Origin: an uncultured delta proteobacterium
GTDB taxonomy: Bacteria; Desulfobacterota; Binatia; UBA9968
DNA: 64,000 nucleotides
Assembly (NCBI GenBank): GCA_963804165.1
Contig: CAWDPO010000030.1
Coordinates: forward strand, 64,001-128,000
Direction of reading: 5' to 3'
Within the stretch, counting starts at the first letter, position 1, and every line of letters begins with the position of its first letter. A program made the position numbers and the translations under genes. The notes below the pieces were generated by a model, which was not told where the DNA came from, did not search any database, and saw only the letters and a list, made by a program, of their open reading frames with translations. Positions 9,929-20,850 of this stretch are shown piece after piece.

Positions 9929-10863
9929 ATGAAAATCATGGTCGTCGGCGGCAGCGGCTACATTGGCCGCCATGTAGTAAAAAGTTTAGCGGCTCAAGGC
10001 GCAGACGTCGTCGCGTTCGACGTAGCGCCTGCGCCGGCGAATTGGATCCAGCCCCGGTGTGCCATTCATCCAGGGCAACATGGCGAATCTCGAAGAGGTC
10101 ATGGCGGCCGTCGTCGACCACGGCGTCCAGCGGATTGTCGCTCTCGGCTACTTCATGACGCCGCTGCTCGCTCCCGAATGCCGCGATCTTCTCAATGCCG
10201 CGCGCGTGAATATTCATGGGCATCACGAATCTTTTCGAAGCCGCGCGCCTCGCCCATTTGGACCGTGTCGTTTTCGCCAGCACTGTGGGGACGTTTGGCT
10301 ACCAGGATGGTTATGGGTCTGAACCGATCAACGAGAACACTGAAGCGCGCGCCCCAAAGAGCTTGTACGGTCTTATGAAGCTCCTCAACAACGGCTTGGC
10401 CGAACGCTACACGAAAACCTTCGGTATCCAAATCGTCAAGGTTCACTCCACGGCCGTCATCGGCCCGGGCAACACGGCGTTCTCCCGTCAGATGATTCAA
10501 CAGCCCGCACTGGGCAAACCCGGGTATGCTAACTGGCCGTCCGCCGCGCCGCGCAACATCGTCGGTGTCGCCGACATCGCCCAGCTCTACAGCAAGATCG
10601 CGCTCGCCGGTGAAGTAAAGCATGACACTTACATGGGCACCGGCCCCTCGCCCACGGGCCGCGAAATCGCGGACATCGTGATCAAATATTTACCCGACGC
10701 GGAGATTAGCTTCGACGAAAAAGCCCGGGTTCCAGCCTGGAACTTCGACAATTCGCGCGCGGTAAAAGAATTCGACTGGAAAATTCAGCCGGTGGAAGAA
10801 ATGGTTTTGGACGAGATCAATGGAACGAGGCAAGCGGCAGGGCTGCCGTCTGTAAGAATGTAA
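9929..10863 (+). CDS. NAD-dependent epimerase/dehydratase, frameshifted
   Basis: MKIMVVGGSGYIG...VVFAST...YGLMK (YxxxK motif). Confidence 0.88.
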
Positions 10864-10865
10864 CA

Positions 10866-11275
10866 ACTATGGTCCGCGCTATTTAACGTAGCCATTAGCC
10901 AATTCTTAGCCACCGCACAAGAGCCAAACGCAAACAAAGCCCCGCCCCAAAAAGAAGCGAGCACGCTCGGTCGCTGGCCATTCCTTTCTCGCCAATTACC
11001 GAATCCCCTCATGATCACGCCAACGAAAAACGGCGATAGGATCAAACTAATTCCTGGGATAGTTGGCGATGGCAAGAGTCTTTGCGGGACCAGGTATGAC
11101 AGCAAGAAACCAACAATGCACCGACCATGGCGGCGCCAATGTAAGTAAAATAGGTGGGCTTCGCTCGGTGACGTTCGAAATATTCAACACGTTCGTCGAA
11201 TGTAATACGTAGCGCAAACATCATTATCAGATCAACGACGATTTCGCCGACGATCTCGAGCATCATCTCGAGCAT
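10866..11275 (-). CDS. Hypothetical membrane protein, frameshifted; ends approximate
   Basis: Hydrophobic segments MLEMMLEIVGEIVVDLIMMF... and ...LILSPFFVGVIM...FWGGALFAFG lie in two frames. Confidence 0.45.
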
Positions 11276-11429
11276 GATTTTGTCCCGTTCAAAAACTTTT
11301 CCCGAACAAAGATTTGGGTTCAACGTTCGCGCCTTATTATCCAGCATCACCGTATTCGTCAATTGCCTCCTCAGTGATGGCGCTCGACTTCGATCCGTGA
11401 TAGGGAGTCCGTGATTTCCGAGCACGGCG

Positions 11430-12086
11430 ATGAATTGGCAAGAACCGAACATGTTCGAAGCGGTCAACCACGGCAACAAGCCGTTTTCTATTCGTGTCCC
11501 GGCTCTCGTCGTCACCCGGGGTAAAAACGACCGGTTGAATTTTCTCACGGCGATGTGGTTTACACCGACCGGCGCCGAGCCGTCGCGCATGGTGGTGGCG
11601 ATACAGAAAAGCACTCTGACCTACGATTATCTGCTCGAGCGTGGTGAGTTCGTCATGAGCGCTCCAACCGATGAAATGATGGACATCGTCGTCTTCGGCG
11701 GCTATGTTTCGGGCCGCGACGTCGACAAGTGGCAAGCCGCGGGACTCACGGCCGTGCGGCCGTCGAGAATTTCCGTGCCGCTGATCGGCGAGGCGATCGG
11801 CAATGTCGAATACCAAGTTGTCAGACAGATTCCCTTCGACGACGGCATGGATCTGTTCGTCGGCGAAGTATTGGCGACGCATATCCGCAAGGGCGTCATG
11901 GACGGAGAGCTTTATCGCGCGGATGCGAATCCGCTCCTCTACATGGGAACGAAATACAACTCGGAAGGCAAATCCCAGGGCAAGTACTACGCTCACTTGA
12001 GCGGCATCGGACCGGCGAATTACGATTCTCCCCTGCTGAAGCAATACCTCTCTCAACCGAAAAAACGGACCCGGAAGGAGGAATAA
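11430..12086 (+). CDS. Flavin reductase-like (DIM6/NTAB) protein
   Basis: ALVVT...MVVAIQKSTLTYDYL...SGRDVDKW...VPLIGEAIGNVE...LFVGEV. Confidence 0.85.
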   Translation: MNWQEPNMFEAVNHGNKPFSIRVPALVVTRGKNDRLNFLTAMWFTPTGAEPSRMVVAIQKSTLTYDYLLERGEFVMSAPTDEMMDIVVFGGYVSGRDVDKWQAAGLTAVRPSRISVPLIGEAIGNVEYQVVRQIPFDDGMDLFVGEVLATHIRKGVMDGELYRADANPLLYMGTKYNSEGKSQGKYYAHLSGIGPANYDSPLLKQYLSQPKKRTRKEE

Positions 12087-12091
12087 CTGCT

Positions 12092-13252
12092 ATGATCGCC
12101 AATACACGTTTGTTGATGGTCGTATTCGTCGCAGCGCTCTGCACCTCGCCGAGTTTATCCAACGCGGCTGCCGCTCCTCTGCCCAAGTCGACGGAGGAAA
12201 TGCTCAAGAAGCTAAAGCTCGATGCCAGCACACTGGCGAATATCGACAAAGAGCTCGAAGTGCCCAAAGCCTGGCTCGACGGCGCGCGCAAAGAGGGCAA
12301 GGTGCGCATCTTTTCCACGTTTGACCCGGGCCAGATGGAAACTCTCGCGCGACCGTTCAAGGAGCGCTATCCGTTTATCAACATCGAATATTCCCGCGCC
12401 AGCCACGAGGACCGCGCCGTGCGCACGCTGGTGGCGTACCAGAACAAGAAGATCGTCACTGACATCCTCACCGGCATCGGCGGCACCTATTTCATGTACA
12501 AAGAAATCGGCGCGCTCGACGATTTGCGGGTGATTCCCAACCTAAAAAACAATCCCCCCGAAACCGTCGATCCCGAAGGGCTGTGGGTCGGCATGCACAT
12601 GCGCTACTGGTGCATGGCCTACAATACGAAAACTTTGCGAAAAGAGGACATGCCGAAGCGCTGGGACGACTTGCTCACCAATCCAAAATTTCGCAACGGC
12701 AATTTGGCCATCGGTAATCGTCCGCAACTTTGGGCTTTGAGTTTGTGGAAGGGCAACGGCGAAAAATGGGCGAAGGAATTCCTCACCAAGTTGTTCACCG
12801 AAGTGAAGCCTCAACTGCGCCGGGAAGGCATGAACGCGATGCTGGAATTACTGGCGGCCGGTGAATTTCACGCGACGATTCCGTCCGCCGAGTACCGCAC
12901 CTACAAGAAACAGCTCGACGGCGCGCCGATTTCCTACCACTGTCCCGAGCCGGTGCCGATCGCGGTGTCCGAGATGGGAATTCTAAAAGGCGCACCCAAT
13001 ATTAATTCCGCCCGCATATTCGTTAACTGGTTTCTCAGCAAAGAAGGCCAGATCGCGCAGTACGTCGGCGACTACGCGCCGCCGGTTCACAAAGAGCTGC
13101 GGCGCAAGGAGTTCGTGCCCTTCGCCGAAGAGATATTGCCCAAGAAAGGCGCCTTCCGCGATCCCGCCATTGAAGTTGAGATCCAACCCAAGCTGCTCGC
13201 CTTTTGGGACGAGCTCTGGATGCGCAGCGGCGGGCGGCGGCGCACGCCGTAA
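12092..13252 (+). CDS. ABC extracellular solute-binding protein (Fe/thiamine-like family)
   Basis: Signal peptide, then GARKEGKV...AYNTK...PKRWDDLL...ARIFVNWFLSKEGQ. Confidence 0.9.
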   Translation: MIANTRLLMVVFVAALCTSPSLSNAAAAPLPKSTEEMLKKLKLDASTLANIDKELEVPKAWLDGARKEGKVRIFSTFDPGQMETLARPFKERYPFINIEYSRASHEDRAVRTLVAYQNKKIVTDILTGIGGTYFMYKEIGALDDLRVIPNLKNNPPETVDPEGLWVGMHMRYWCMAYNTKTLRKEDMPKRWDDLLTNPKFRNGNLAIGNRPQLWALSLWKGNGEKWAKEFLTKLFTEVKPQLRREGMNAMLELLAAGEFHATIPSAEYRTYKKQLDGAPISYHCPEPVPIAVSEMGILKGAPNINSARIFVNWFLSKEGQIAQYVGDYAPPVHKELRRKEFVPFAEEILPKKGAFRDPAIEVEIQPKLLAFWDELWMRSGGRRRTP

Positions 13253-13329
13253 CTTCGCGTCGCGGGTTTCGCGTTGCGGGTTTTCAACTCCGGATGAACT
13301 CGAGACGCGAAACCCGAGATCAGTTATCC

Positions 13330-15048
13330 ATGATACGTTCGCGCTTCCAACTCGGGCCCTACGGGATATTTCTTCTCGTTTTCCTACTCGTCAGCGTGCC
13401 GCTGTTTTTTCTCGTGGCCGGCAGCTTCAGCACGGCCAAGCTTCCCACCGATTTTTCTTTCGCCACGATGGGCCTGGAAAACTACGTCAAGGTCTATTCC
13501 GATCCGGGAACGCTGGAGCTGTTCACCAACACGTTTATCTACGTGGGCGGCAGCGTCTTGTTTGGCATCACTCTCGCGGTGGCGCTTGCCTGGCTCGTGG
13601 AACGAACAAATATGCCCGGGAAGATCTGGATCTACGCCGGCGTGCCGATGACGTTGGCTGTGCCGGGAATGCTGCAGGCGATGGCGTGGGTGATTCTGTT
13701 GAGCCCGCGCATCGGCTTTATCAACAAATCTTTGCAAAGTATTTTTGGTTTCGACCGCCCGCCCCTCGACATCTATTCGCTCGGCGGCATGATTTTCCTC
13801 GAAGGACTGCGTCTCGTGCCGACAGCGTTTCTGATGCTCGTGCCGCTCATGCGCGGCATGGACCCGGCGCTCGAAGAAGCTGCCTCGGTTTCCGGCGCCC
13901 GGCCCTTTTCGACCTTGCGCAAGATCACGCTGCGCTTGCTCGCGCCGGGTCTGGTCGCGGTGATGATCTATCAGGCCATGACGGCGCTGGAGGTGTTCGA
14001 GATCCCGGGCATCTTGGGATTGCCCGCGGGGATTTACGTCTTCAGCACAAAAATCTATGCGGTCGTGCGCAGCGCGACTTTCTTGCCGGTCTACGGCCAA
14101 GCCAACGCTTTGGCGATGGTGTATTTGGTGATCGCCGTGGTCACGACTTTTTTTTATACCCGGCTCATCGGCCGAGTGGAAAGATTTACGATCATCACCG
14201 GCAAGGGTTATCGGCCGCGTCAAAACGACTTGGGCCAGTGGCGTTATCCCGCGCTGGGCTTGGTTGTACTGTATCTGTTTCTCGCCATCATTTTGCCGTT
14301 CTTGGTATTCGTCTACACATCGTTTCTTGCCTTTCTGCAGCCGCCGTCGCTCGATGCCATTCGAGGCTTTAGCCTAAAAAACTACCGTTTCTTGTTGCAG
14401 TATGGGGAAGTCGGCTCCGCGTTGAAAAACACGGCGATCATGGTCGTGGTCACGGCGACGATGACCGTTGCGCTCTCCTTCTTTGTTTCCCTGGTGATCG
14501 TGCGCAGCAAATTCTGGGGCCGCCAATTGCTCGATCAGCTGGCGTTCATGCCCCACGCGATCCCCGGCATCGTGCTCGGCATCGCTTTTTTCTGGGTGTT
14601 TTTGAAAATCGACTATCTACCGCTCTACGGCACCATCTGGGCGATGTCGATCGGTTTCACCGTAAGTTTTCTCTCCTACGGAACGCGCTCGATGAACGCG
14701 TCGCTGCTGCAGATCCATAAAGAACTCGAGGAAGCGGCCTATGTCAGCGGCGCGCGGCCCTGGCGCACGATGTGGCGGGTGTTCTTGCCCTTGATGATGC
14801 CGACCTTCGTCGGCATCTGGATTTGGGTGATTTTGCACGCTGTGCGCGTCGCCGGCTTGCCGCTCATGCTATACGAAGGACCGCAGAATCAAGTGCTGTC
14901 GATTCTAATCTGGAATATGTGGGACGAAGGTTACGTACCTGCCGTCGCGGCGATCGGCACGCTCCTTATGCTGACGCTCTTGCTTATGACCTTGGTGGTT
15001 CGCTATATCGGTTTCCGGCGCCACATGGTCCAATCGCCGTCGGTATGA
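13330..15048 (+). CDS. ABC permease (FbpB-like, two EAA loops)
   Basis: AWLVERTNMPG, DPALEEAASVSGA and ELEEAAYVSGA. Confidence 0.92.
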   Translation: MIRSRFQLGPYGIFLLVFLLVSVPLFFLVAGSFSTAKLPTDFSFATMGLENYVKVYSDPGTLELFTNTFIYVGGSVLFGITLAVALAWLVERTNMPGKIWIYAGVPMTLAVPGMLQAMAWVILLSPRIGFINKSLQSIFGFDRPPLDIYSLGGMIFLEGLRLVPTAFLMLVPLMRGMDPALEEAASVSGARPFSTLRKITLRLLAPGLVAVMIYQAMTALEVFEIPGILGLPAGIYVFSTKIYAVVRSATFLPVYGQANALAMVYLVIAVVTTFFYTRLIGRVERFTIITGKGYRPRQNDLGQWRYPALGLVVLYLFLAIILPFLVFVYTSFLAFLQPPSLDAIRGFSLKNYRFLLQYGEVGSALKNTAIMVVVTATMTVALSFFVSLVIVRSKFWGRQLLDQLAFMPHAIPGIVLGIAFFWVFLKIDYLPLYGTIWAMSIGFTVSFLSYGTRSMNASLLQIHKELEEAAYVSGARPWRTMWRVFLPLMMPTFVGIWIWVILHAVRVAGLPLMLYEGPQNQVLSILIWNMWDEGYVPAVAAIGTLLMLTLLLMTLVVRYIGFRRHMVQSPSV

Positions 15049-16154
15049 TTCGGATTCACAATCTCCACGTCTATTATCAAACCGAACGCGGCCGGGTGCA
15101 CGCGGTGCGCGGCATCGACATCGATATCACCCAGGGGCAGTTTTTCACTCTGCTCGGCCCGAGCGGTTGCGGTAAAACTACGACGCTGCGCTCGGTCGCC
15201 GGACTGGAAGCGCCCGAAGCAGGCGAAATTTTTGTCGGCGATGATTTGGTCTATTCGTCAGCCAAGCGCACGACCGTGCCGCCCTACGAGCGCGACATCG
15301 GCATGGTGTTTCAGTCCTACGCGATTTGGCCGCATCTGAATGTTTTTGAAAACGTGGCCTTCCCGTTGCGCGAAATGAGGCGCAAGTATTCGCAGCAACA
15401 GATACGCGACAAAGTCGAGCACGCGTTGGCGCTCGTCCAACTCAACGGTTTAGCCGACCGCCCCGCGCCCTTTTTAAGCGGCGGGCAGCAGCAGCGCCTC
15501 GCCCTGGCGCGGGCGATCGTCAGAGAACCGCGCGTCCTGCTGCTCGACGAACCGCTCAGCAACCTGGACGCGAAGCTGCGCGAGGAGACTCGATTTGAGC
15601 TTCGCGAATTGGTGAAGCGGTTGGGAATCACGACTCTCTATGTAACCCACGACCAATTGGAAGCGCTGACGATGTCGGATACCGTTGCGATCATGAATCT
15701 GGGGCAAATCGTCCAACAGGGGTCCCCGGTCGAAATCTACCAGGCGCCGCGGGAAAGGTTTGTCGCGAACTTTATCGGTCTGACCAATTTTCTCGAGGGG
15801 CAAGTCGAGAGCGAGGGCAGCTCCGCAGGGAAAATCGGCGCCGTAAACACGGCGAGCGGTAAGTTACACTGCGTTTTACCCGACAAAATCGCCGTGGGTG
15901 AAAACGTCATCGTCGTCATCCGTCCCGAGGACATCAGCATTGTTCCGGAATCCGTAGCTCCGAACGAAAATGTTTTACGCGCCAAGGTCGAAGCCATGAT
16001 CTTCATGGGCGACGCACTGGAATGCCAACTGTCCGTCGGCACGCAAAAACTCCGCACCAAACTTCATCCGGCATCGCCCATCCACGCAGGCCAAACCGTG
16101 CTGTTGCAGCTGCCGCCGCAGAGTTGTCTTGCATTGCGCAGCTCGGAGAAATGA
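15045..16154 (+). CDS. ABC ATP-binding protein (FbpC/PotA-like, TOBE C-terminus)
   Basis: GPSGCGKTT, LSGGQQQR, LLLDEPLSNLD and VTHDQ. Confidence 0.95.
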   Translation: MIRIHNLHVYYQTERGRVHAVRGIDIDITQGQFFTLLGPSGCGKTTTLRSVAGLEAPEAGEIFVGDDLVYSSAKRTTVPPYERDIGMVFQSYAIWPHLNVFENVAFPLREMRRKYSQQQIRDKVEHALALVQLNGLADRPAPFLSGGQQQRLALARAIVREPRVLLLDEPLSNLDAKLREETRFELRELVKRLGITTLYVTHDQLEALTMSDTVAIMNLGQIVQQGSPVEIYQAPRERFVANFIGLTNFLEGQVESEGSSAGKIGAVNTASGKLHCVLPDKIAVGENVIVVIRPEDISIVPESVAPNENVLRAKVEAMIFMGDALECQLSVGTQKLRTKLHPASPIHAGQTVLLQLPPQSCLALRSSEK

Positions 16155-16182
16155 TAACTGCAAAGGATCAATACCGTTGACC

Positions 16183-17166
16183 GTGAGTAAAACCGCCATC
16201 GCAAAGCTATTATGTCTGCCCTTGGCTCTATTCGTCCTGGGCTTCGCGCCGGGGGCTGCGGAAAGCCAGGAACGCGAAAGGCTCCGCGTCAGCACGTTGT
16301 TCATCGGCTCGTCCCTCGTGCCCTTCTGGATCGCCCAGGAACAAGGAATTTTCGCGCGCAACGGCGTCGACGTCGAACTGATCTCGATGCAATCGACGCT
16401 TTCGACGACGGCGTTGCTCGCCGGCGAAGTCGATGTCATTTTCGGCACGCCGCAGTCGATCTTTTCGGTTTTGACCGCGAAGAATCCGCCGCCGCTGATC
16501 ACCATCGCAGCCTGGGGCTCCGCCTCGGAGCATTGGCTGGTGGTCCATCCCGCGATCAAGTCGGCAAAAGACCTGGAGGGGAAAACCATCGGCATGAGCC
16601 GGCCGCGGTCAGCGGATCACGGTTACACGATCCTGATTCTCGAGCGGCTGGGCATCGATCCGCGAAAGATTACGTTTCTGTCGACCGGCGGCCAAGCCAG
16701 CCGCAGCGCAGCGGTGGAAGCGGGCACGACCATGGGCAGTTCGTTTAACCGCTATTACACGCTGCAACTAAAGCGCAAAGGGTTTCGCGACGTCGCCAAA
16801 TTGGAGCGGCCCGACTATCCGTTCCCGCCATCGATCTTTGTCGTCAAAAAAGACGCGCTGCAGAGCAAACGCAAGGCACTCAAGTCGATGTTGATTGCCA
16901 TGATGGAATCGAGCGAGCAGCACAAGATCAACAAGGAGCTTTCGCTGCAGCTGATCCGCAAGCATTTGCGCTTGCAGAATCCCGAAGTCATCGAAGCGGC
17001 GTACGAAGACGGCGTGACCACCAGCTACCCCTACTTCACGGAACGGCAATTCCAGGTGTCGCTCGAATTACTCGGCAAGAGCATGGGGCAGCCGGTGTCA
17101 CTGAATTACAAGCAAATCGTCGACCACAGCTTGCTCGACGAAATCGGTCGAGGCGGGAACGAATAA
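16183..17166 (+). CDS. ABC substrate-binding protein (NMT1/SsuA-like)
   Basis: PFWIAQEQGIFARNGVDVEL...ALLAGEVD...IKSAKDLEGKTIG. Confidence 0.85.
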   Translation: MSKTAIAKLLCLPLALFVLGFAPGAAESQERERLRVSTLFIGSSLVPFWIAQEQGIFARNGVDVELISMQSTLSTTALLAGEVDVIFGTPQSIFSVLTAKNPPPLITIAAWGSASEHWLVVHPAIKSAKDLEGKTIGMSRPRSADHGYTILILERLGIDPRKITFLSTGGQASRSAAVEAGTTMGSSFNRYYTLQLKRKGFRDVAKLERPDYPFPPSIFVVKKDALQSKRKALKSMLIAMMESSEQHKINKELSLQLIRKHLRLQNPEVIEAAYEDGVTTSYPYFTERQFQVSLELLGKSMGQPVSLNYKQIVDHSLLDEIGRGGNE

Positions 17167-17293
17167 GCCAAGCTAAGCATGTTCAGGTTACGGCGCCGTT
17201 TGACACTCTTTTCGCTGCTGAACTAGATTGGGTCATAATGAAGAACCCACCGCAAGCAGCGGGCCATCGGATCGTGATAGAGTTTTTTTCGGG

Positions 17294-17395
17294 ACGTCAC
17301 CCCGAATGTTTTTATCGGGGGTCCAGATCCGGATTCGCCTGTGGTGAGCTCAGTCGAACCACCGCTTAAAGCATGCGGGAATGACGGACTTCGGT
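17294..17395. repeat. REP-like palindrome (CGTCACCCCG...CGGGAATGACG) with nested GTGAGCTCAGTCGAACC
   Basis: Inverted ends, with related pieces at about 9810-9843, 35950-35975 and 37460-37515. Confidence 0.65.
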
Positions 17396-17477
17396 GACCG
17401 TTAGGAAAATGCAGCAAGTTGCGGGGAATGAACCCCCAAGCGATTCAACAACAACATCATCACGGGAGCACCGCTCG

Positions 17478-18569
17478 ATGACTTCGCTTCTTCGATTGAC
17501 CTTAGTTTCACTGGCCCTGCTTGGGTTTTCACCGCGGTTTACATTTGCCGTCGCTGCCACGCCCGAAGAAGTCTGGAAAGCATTGGAAAAACTTCCGCCT
17601 GCCGAGCGGGAAAAGAAACTCATCGAAGGCGCGAAGAAGGAAGGTGAGCTGCTCTGGTATACCAACTCGGGGATCGAGAACGCCACGCGTTATATCCAGG
17701 CGTTCAAGAAAAACTTTCCTTTCATCAATGCCCAGGTGTGGCGCGCCAAGACGCGCCAGGTGACTCAGCGGGCCATCTCCGAAGCCAACGCGGGCAAGCA
17801 CATGGTGGATGTGATCAAGCCCTCGACGGACCTGTTGCCGCCGATGCTCGAAAAGAATCTGCTCGCCAAGTATGAAACGCCCGGCCGTGCAATCTATCCG
17901 GCGCACTCAAAATCCGCGTACTACACGAGCATGAACTACGCCTTCCGCGTCTTCTCTTTCAACCCGCGCAAGGTTAGCCGCAAGGACGCGCCAAAAACCT
18001 GGGAAGACTTGCTGCAGCCCAAGTGGAAGGGCGAGATCCTCTTCGACGAGTCTTCTCTCGAAGAAGTCATGTCGCTGCTCGCCGCCTGGGGCAAGGAAAG
18101 AACCGTGAATTACCTGACTAAGCTAAGCCAGCAGCAGCTCTTGATCCGCGTCGGCCGGGATACGACGACGCAGATGATGATGGCCGGCGAAGCGCCGCTG
18201 GCCGTGACCACCTACGCCTATAACAATGAAAGCCTGCGCGCTCAAAACGCCCCAGTGGACTGGATCGCCGAGGACCTCATTCCGACGCTGTTGTATCCCC
18301 TAACATTGGCGCGCAACGCGCCTCATCCGCACGCCGCCGCGCTGTTCTACGATTATCTGATCTCTGAAGAAGGCCAGCGGCTGATCGCCAAGGAGGGGCG
18401 TGTCGTCGCTCATCCGAAAGTCGAGCCGATCTATCCGCGCATGAAAGAGCTGCAAAATTTATTGGGCACGCCGCGCGTCCAACTCAACACCATGGAGCAA
18501 AACCACAAACTTCTCAAAGACGGCATTCAAATCCTTGACGAGATTGTGTTGAAGCGAAGATCACATTAG
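17478..18569 (+). CDS. ABC extracellular solute-binding protein
   Basis: LIEGAKKEGELLWY...APKTWEDLLQPKWKG...APHPHAAALFYDYLISEEGQ. Confidence 0.9.
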   Translation: MTSLLRLTLVSLALLGFSPRFTFAVAATPEEVWKALEKLPPAEREKKLIEGAKKEGELLWYTNSGIENATRYIQAFKKNFPFINAQVWRAKTRQVTQRAISEANAGKHMVDVIKPSTDLLPPMLEKNLLAKYETPGRAIYPAHSKSAYYTSMNYAFRVFSFNPRKVSRKDAPKTWEDLLQPKWKGEILFDESSLEEVMSLLAAWGKERTVNYLTKLSQQQLLIRVGRDTTTQMMMAGEAPLAVTTYAYNNESLRAQNAPVDWIAEDLIPTLLYPLTLARNAPHPHAAALFYDYLISEEGQRLIAKEGRVVAHPKVEPIYPRMKELQNLLGTPRVQLNTMEQNHKLLKDGIQILDEIVLKRRSH

Positions 18570-18611
18570 CGAACGATCGTGCCCGATCGGTGAAACGACA
18601 AAAATCAGCAG

Positions 18612-19517
18612 ATGGAGGACAAAATGTTCGGCGCCGAAACCCTCGACCACGTTGCCTTTCCGGTGCGCGATCTGGCGCGCTCGGAGAAATTTTATATTGA
18701 AACGGTCGGCCTGACGTTTTTGACCCAGCGCAAAAATGCCGATGGCTCGCCGCGCCATACCTACGTCAAGGCCGGCGAAAACATCATCGGCTTGAATCTG
18801 CCCGGCATTCAGGCCGGTGCGTCTCCCAGCGGCGCGCCGCGCTATGCGGTTGCGCTCGGCTCGGAGGAAATGTTCAACGCGACGGTCGGTCGAATCAAAC
18901 AAGCCGGCGTCGCCTGCGGCGAAGTCCGCGAGCAAGACAGTAATTCGCCATTCATTCGTTCGTTTCGCTTCACCGACTTCGACAATAATCATTTCGAGAT
19001 TTGCATGAACCGCCGGTCCTTGGGTGACGTGTGCTTGAGCCACGTCGTCTTCGAAACCAAGGATCTGGAAAAGGCGAAACGATTCTATGCCGAAGCCCTG
19101 GGCTTAAAATTCGTCGGCGAAGTCGACGACGAGCACTTTTTCGAATTTCCCAATCACCAACTATTGGCCGTGAAGCAAGTCGATGCGCTTTCCGATCGAA
19201 CAAAACGCCACGGCCGCGCCGTTCACGTCGCGTTTAACGTCAGTCAGGAAGACTTCGACCGGATGCTCGAGCTTATTCCCGGCCGTGGCGGCGCCAATCA
19301 AGGCGACTTTCGCGCCGAGGACGGCCTGCGCGCGCCGGGAGAACGAAGCATTTATTTTTCCGACCCGGATACCAACAAGCTGCAGATCACCGCGCTCGGC
19401 AAGGAGAACTGGTCGCTCATTTCCGATGAAGAAAAATGGCAAAGAACCGAGGAGAATCGAGAAAAACTCGGCAGAGGGCTGTCGCGCTTCGACCGCGGCG
19501 TCAAACCCAGTCAATAA
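18612..19517 (+). CDS. VOC/glyoxalase family protein with two domains
   Basis: LDHVAFPVRDLARSEKFY...FTDFDNNHFEI and LSHVVFETKDLEKAKRFY...YFSDPDTNKLQI. Confidence 0.88.
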   Translation: MEDKMFGAETLDHVAFPVRDLARSEKFYIETVGLTFLTQRKNADGSPRHTYVKAGENIIGLNLPGIQAGASPSGAPRYAVALGSEEMFNATVGRIKQAGVACGEVREQDSNSPFIRSFRFTDFDNNHFEICMNRRSLGDVCLSHVVFETKDLEKAKRFYAEALGLKFVGEVDDEHFFEFPNHQLLAVKQVDALSDRTKRHGRAVHVAFNVSQEDFDRMLELIPGRGGANQGDFRAEDGLRAPGERSIYFSDPDTNKLQITALGKENWSLISDEEKWQRTEENREKLGRGLSRFDRGVKPSQ

Positions 19518-19534
19518 GGCTAGAAAAACTGTGT

Positions 19535-19622
19535 CTCGCGCAAAGTTCGCAAAGGACGCCAAGAAAAGGAGATAGCCACAACGGGGCGGGGCCTTTGCGA
19601 ACTTGGCGCGCTTGGCGCGAGT
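19535..19622. repeat. Palindromic intergenic repeat (CGCAAAG/CGCCAAG ... CTTTGCG/CTTGGCG)
   Basis: Inverted 9-bp-periodic arms directly after the VOC stop codon. Confidence 0.65.
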
Positions 19623-19710
19623 AAATTTCTTGAAGTCATTTTTGTCAAACAATTTAAAGATAACCTGGTAAACATGGCGCTCGAAAAACCGATCATCCCG
19701 ACTTTTTCAC

Positions 19711-20850
19711 TACGTTATTTGGAAGGGGGCGATTATTTAAAACTGTTTCATGTTGACTAAGCGGCTCGGTGATTACATCGGATGGGGTTTGCCTTGATTT
19801 CTTGGCCACTCAATGCGTTTGTGGACGGCCCAAGCTCCTCCCCATCGGACTACGCCAACAAAGCACGGCGCACTCGATACAGATTGGCCAGCGCAAACAG
19901 CGTGTAGATCTGTGCCGCGTTTTTCTTCAATCCCCGATACCGGGTCTTGATGTAGCCGAACTGGCGCTTGACCACCCGAAACGGATGCTCCACCTTGGCC
20001 CGTATACTGGACAGTTTTCTGTTTCTGCGCCGCTGCTTATGGCTCAAGCTCTTTTTGCTCTTGGCCTTGTCCAACACGCCCCAGAATAGTCCTGTCTTTC
20101 TCGCTGAGCGCTTATCCTGGTCGCTGCAGTAACCCTTGTCGGCAAACACCGCTTGCTCTTCTCCATGAAGGAGCGCTTCCATCTCCTGCTTGTCATGCAC
20201 ACTGGCCGTGGTCACTTTGACCGTGTGCACCAAACCGCTCTGACTGTCCGTTCCCGTGTGCACCTTCATGCCGAAGTGGTAGTTGTTGCCCTTCTTGGTC
20301 GAACTCATCTCCCCGTCGCGTTTCTTGTCCTTGTTCTTGGTCGAGGACGGCGCACCGATCAGCGTGGCGTCTACGATCGTGCCTTGTCTGAGCAAAAGCC
20401 TTTTCTCGCTCAAATACCCGTTGACCTCTTCCAACAGCTTCTCGGTTAACTGGTGCTTTTCCAGTAAGTGGCGAAAGTTTAAAATCGTGGTCTCATCGGG
20501 AATTTCTTCTTCCCCCAACTCTATCCGGCAAATCGCCGCACCGACCGATGTCGTACAACGCTTCTTCCATCCCGGGATCGGACAACCGTACCACTGCTGT
20601 ACAAAGTATATCCGTAGCATCCGTTCCAACGGCATCGTCGCCGTCCACTGCCGGCTTTGGGATAGTGCGCTTCGATCAACGCCAGCAATTTCTCCCACGG
20701 CACCACTTGATCCATCTCAGACAAAAACTTCTCTCGCTTGGTCTGCTTTTTCTTTCCCGCCCACGCTAAACTCGCAAACGTTGTCTGCTCCTTCAATCTG
20801 TTTCCTCCTCTACCATTGTCGGTCTTGCTGCTTTTCGATATAGAGACATT
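19711..20850 (-). mobile_element. IS5-family element; ends approximate, TIRs not clean
   Basis: Contains an IS5 transposase and splits the M24 gene. Confidence 0.75.
19850..20796 (-). CDS. IS5-family transposase, frameshifted
   Basis: KQTKREKFLSEMDQVVPW...IPDETTILNFRHLLE...GTIVDATLI...HFGMKVH...ADKGY...RAKVEHPFRVVK. Confidence 0.92.
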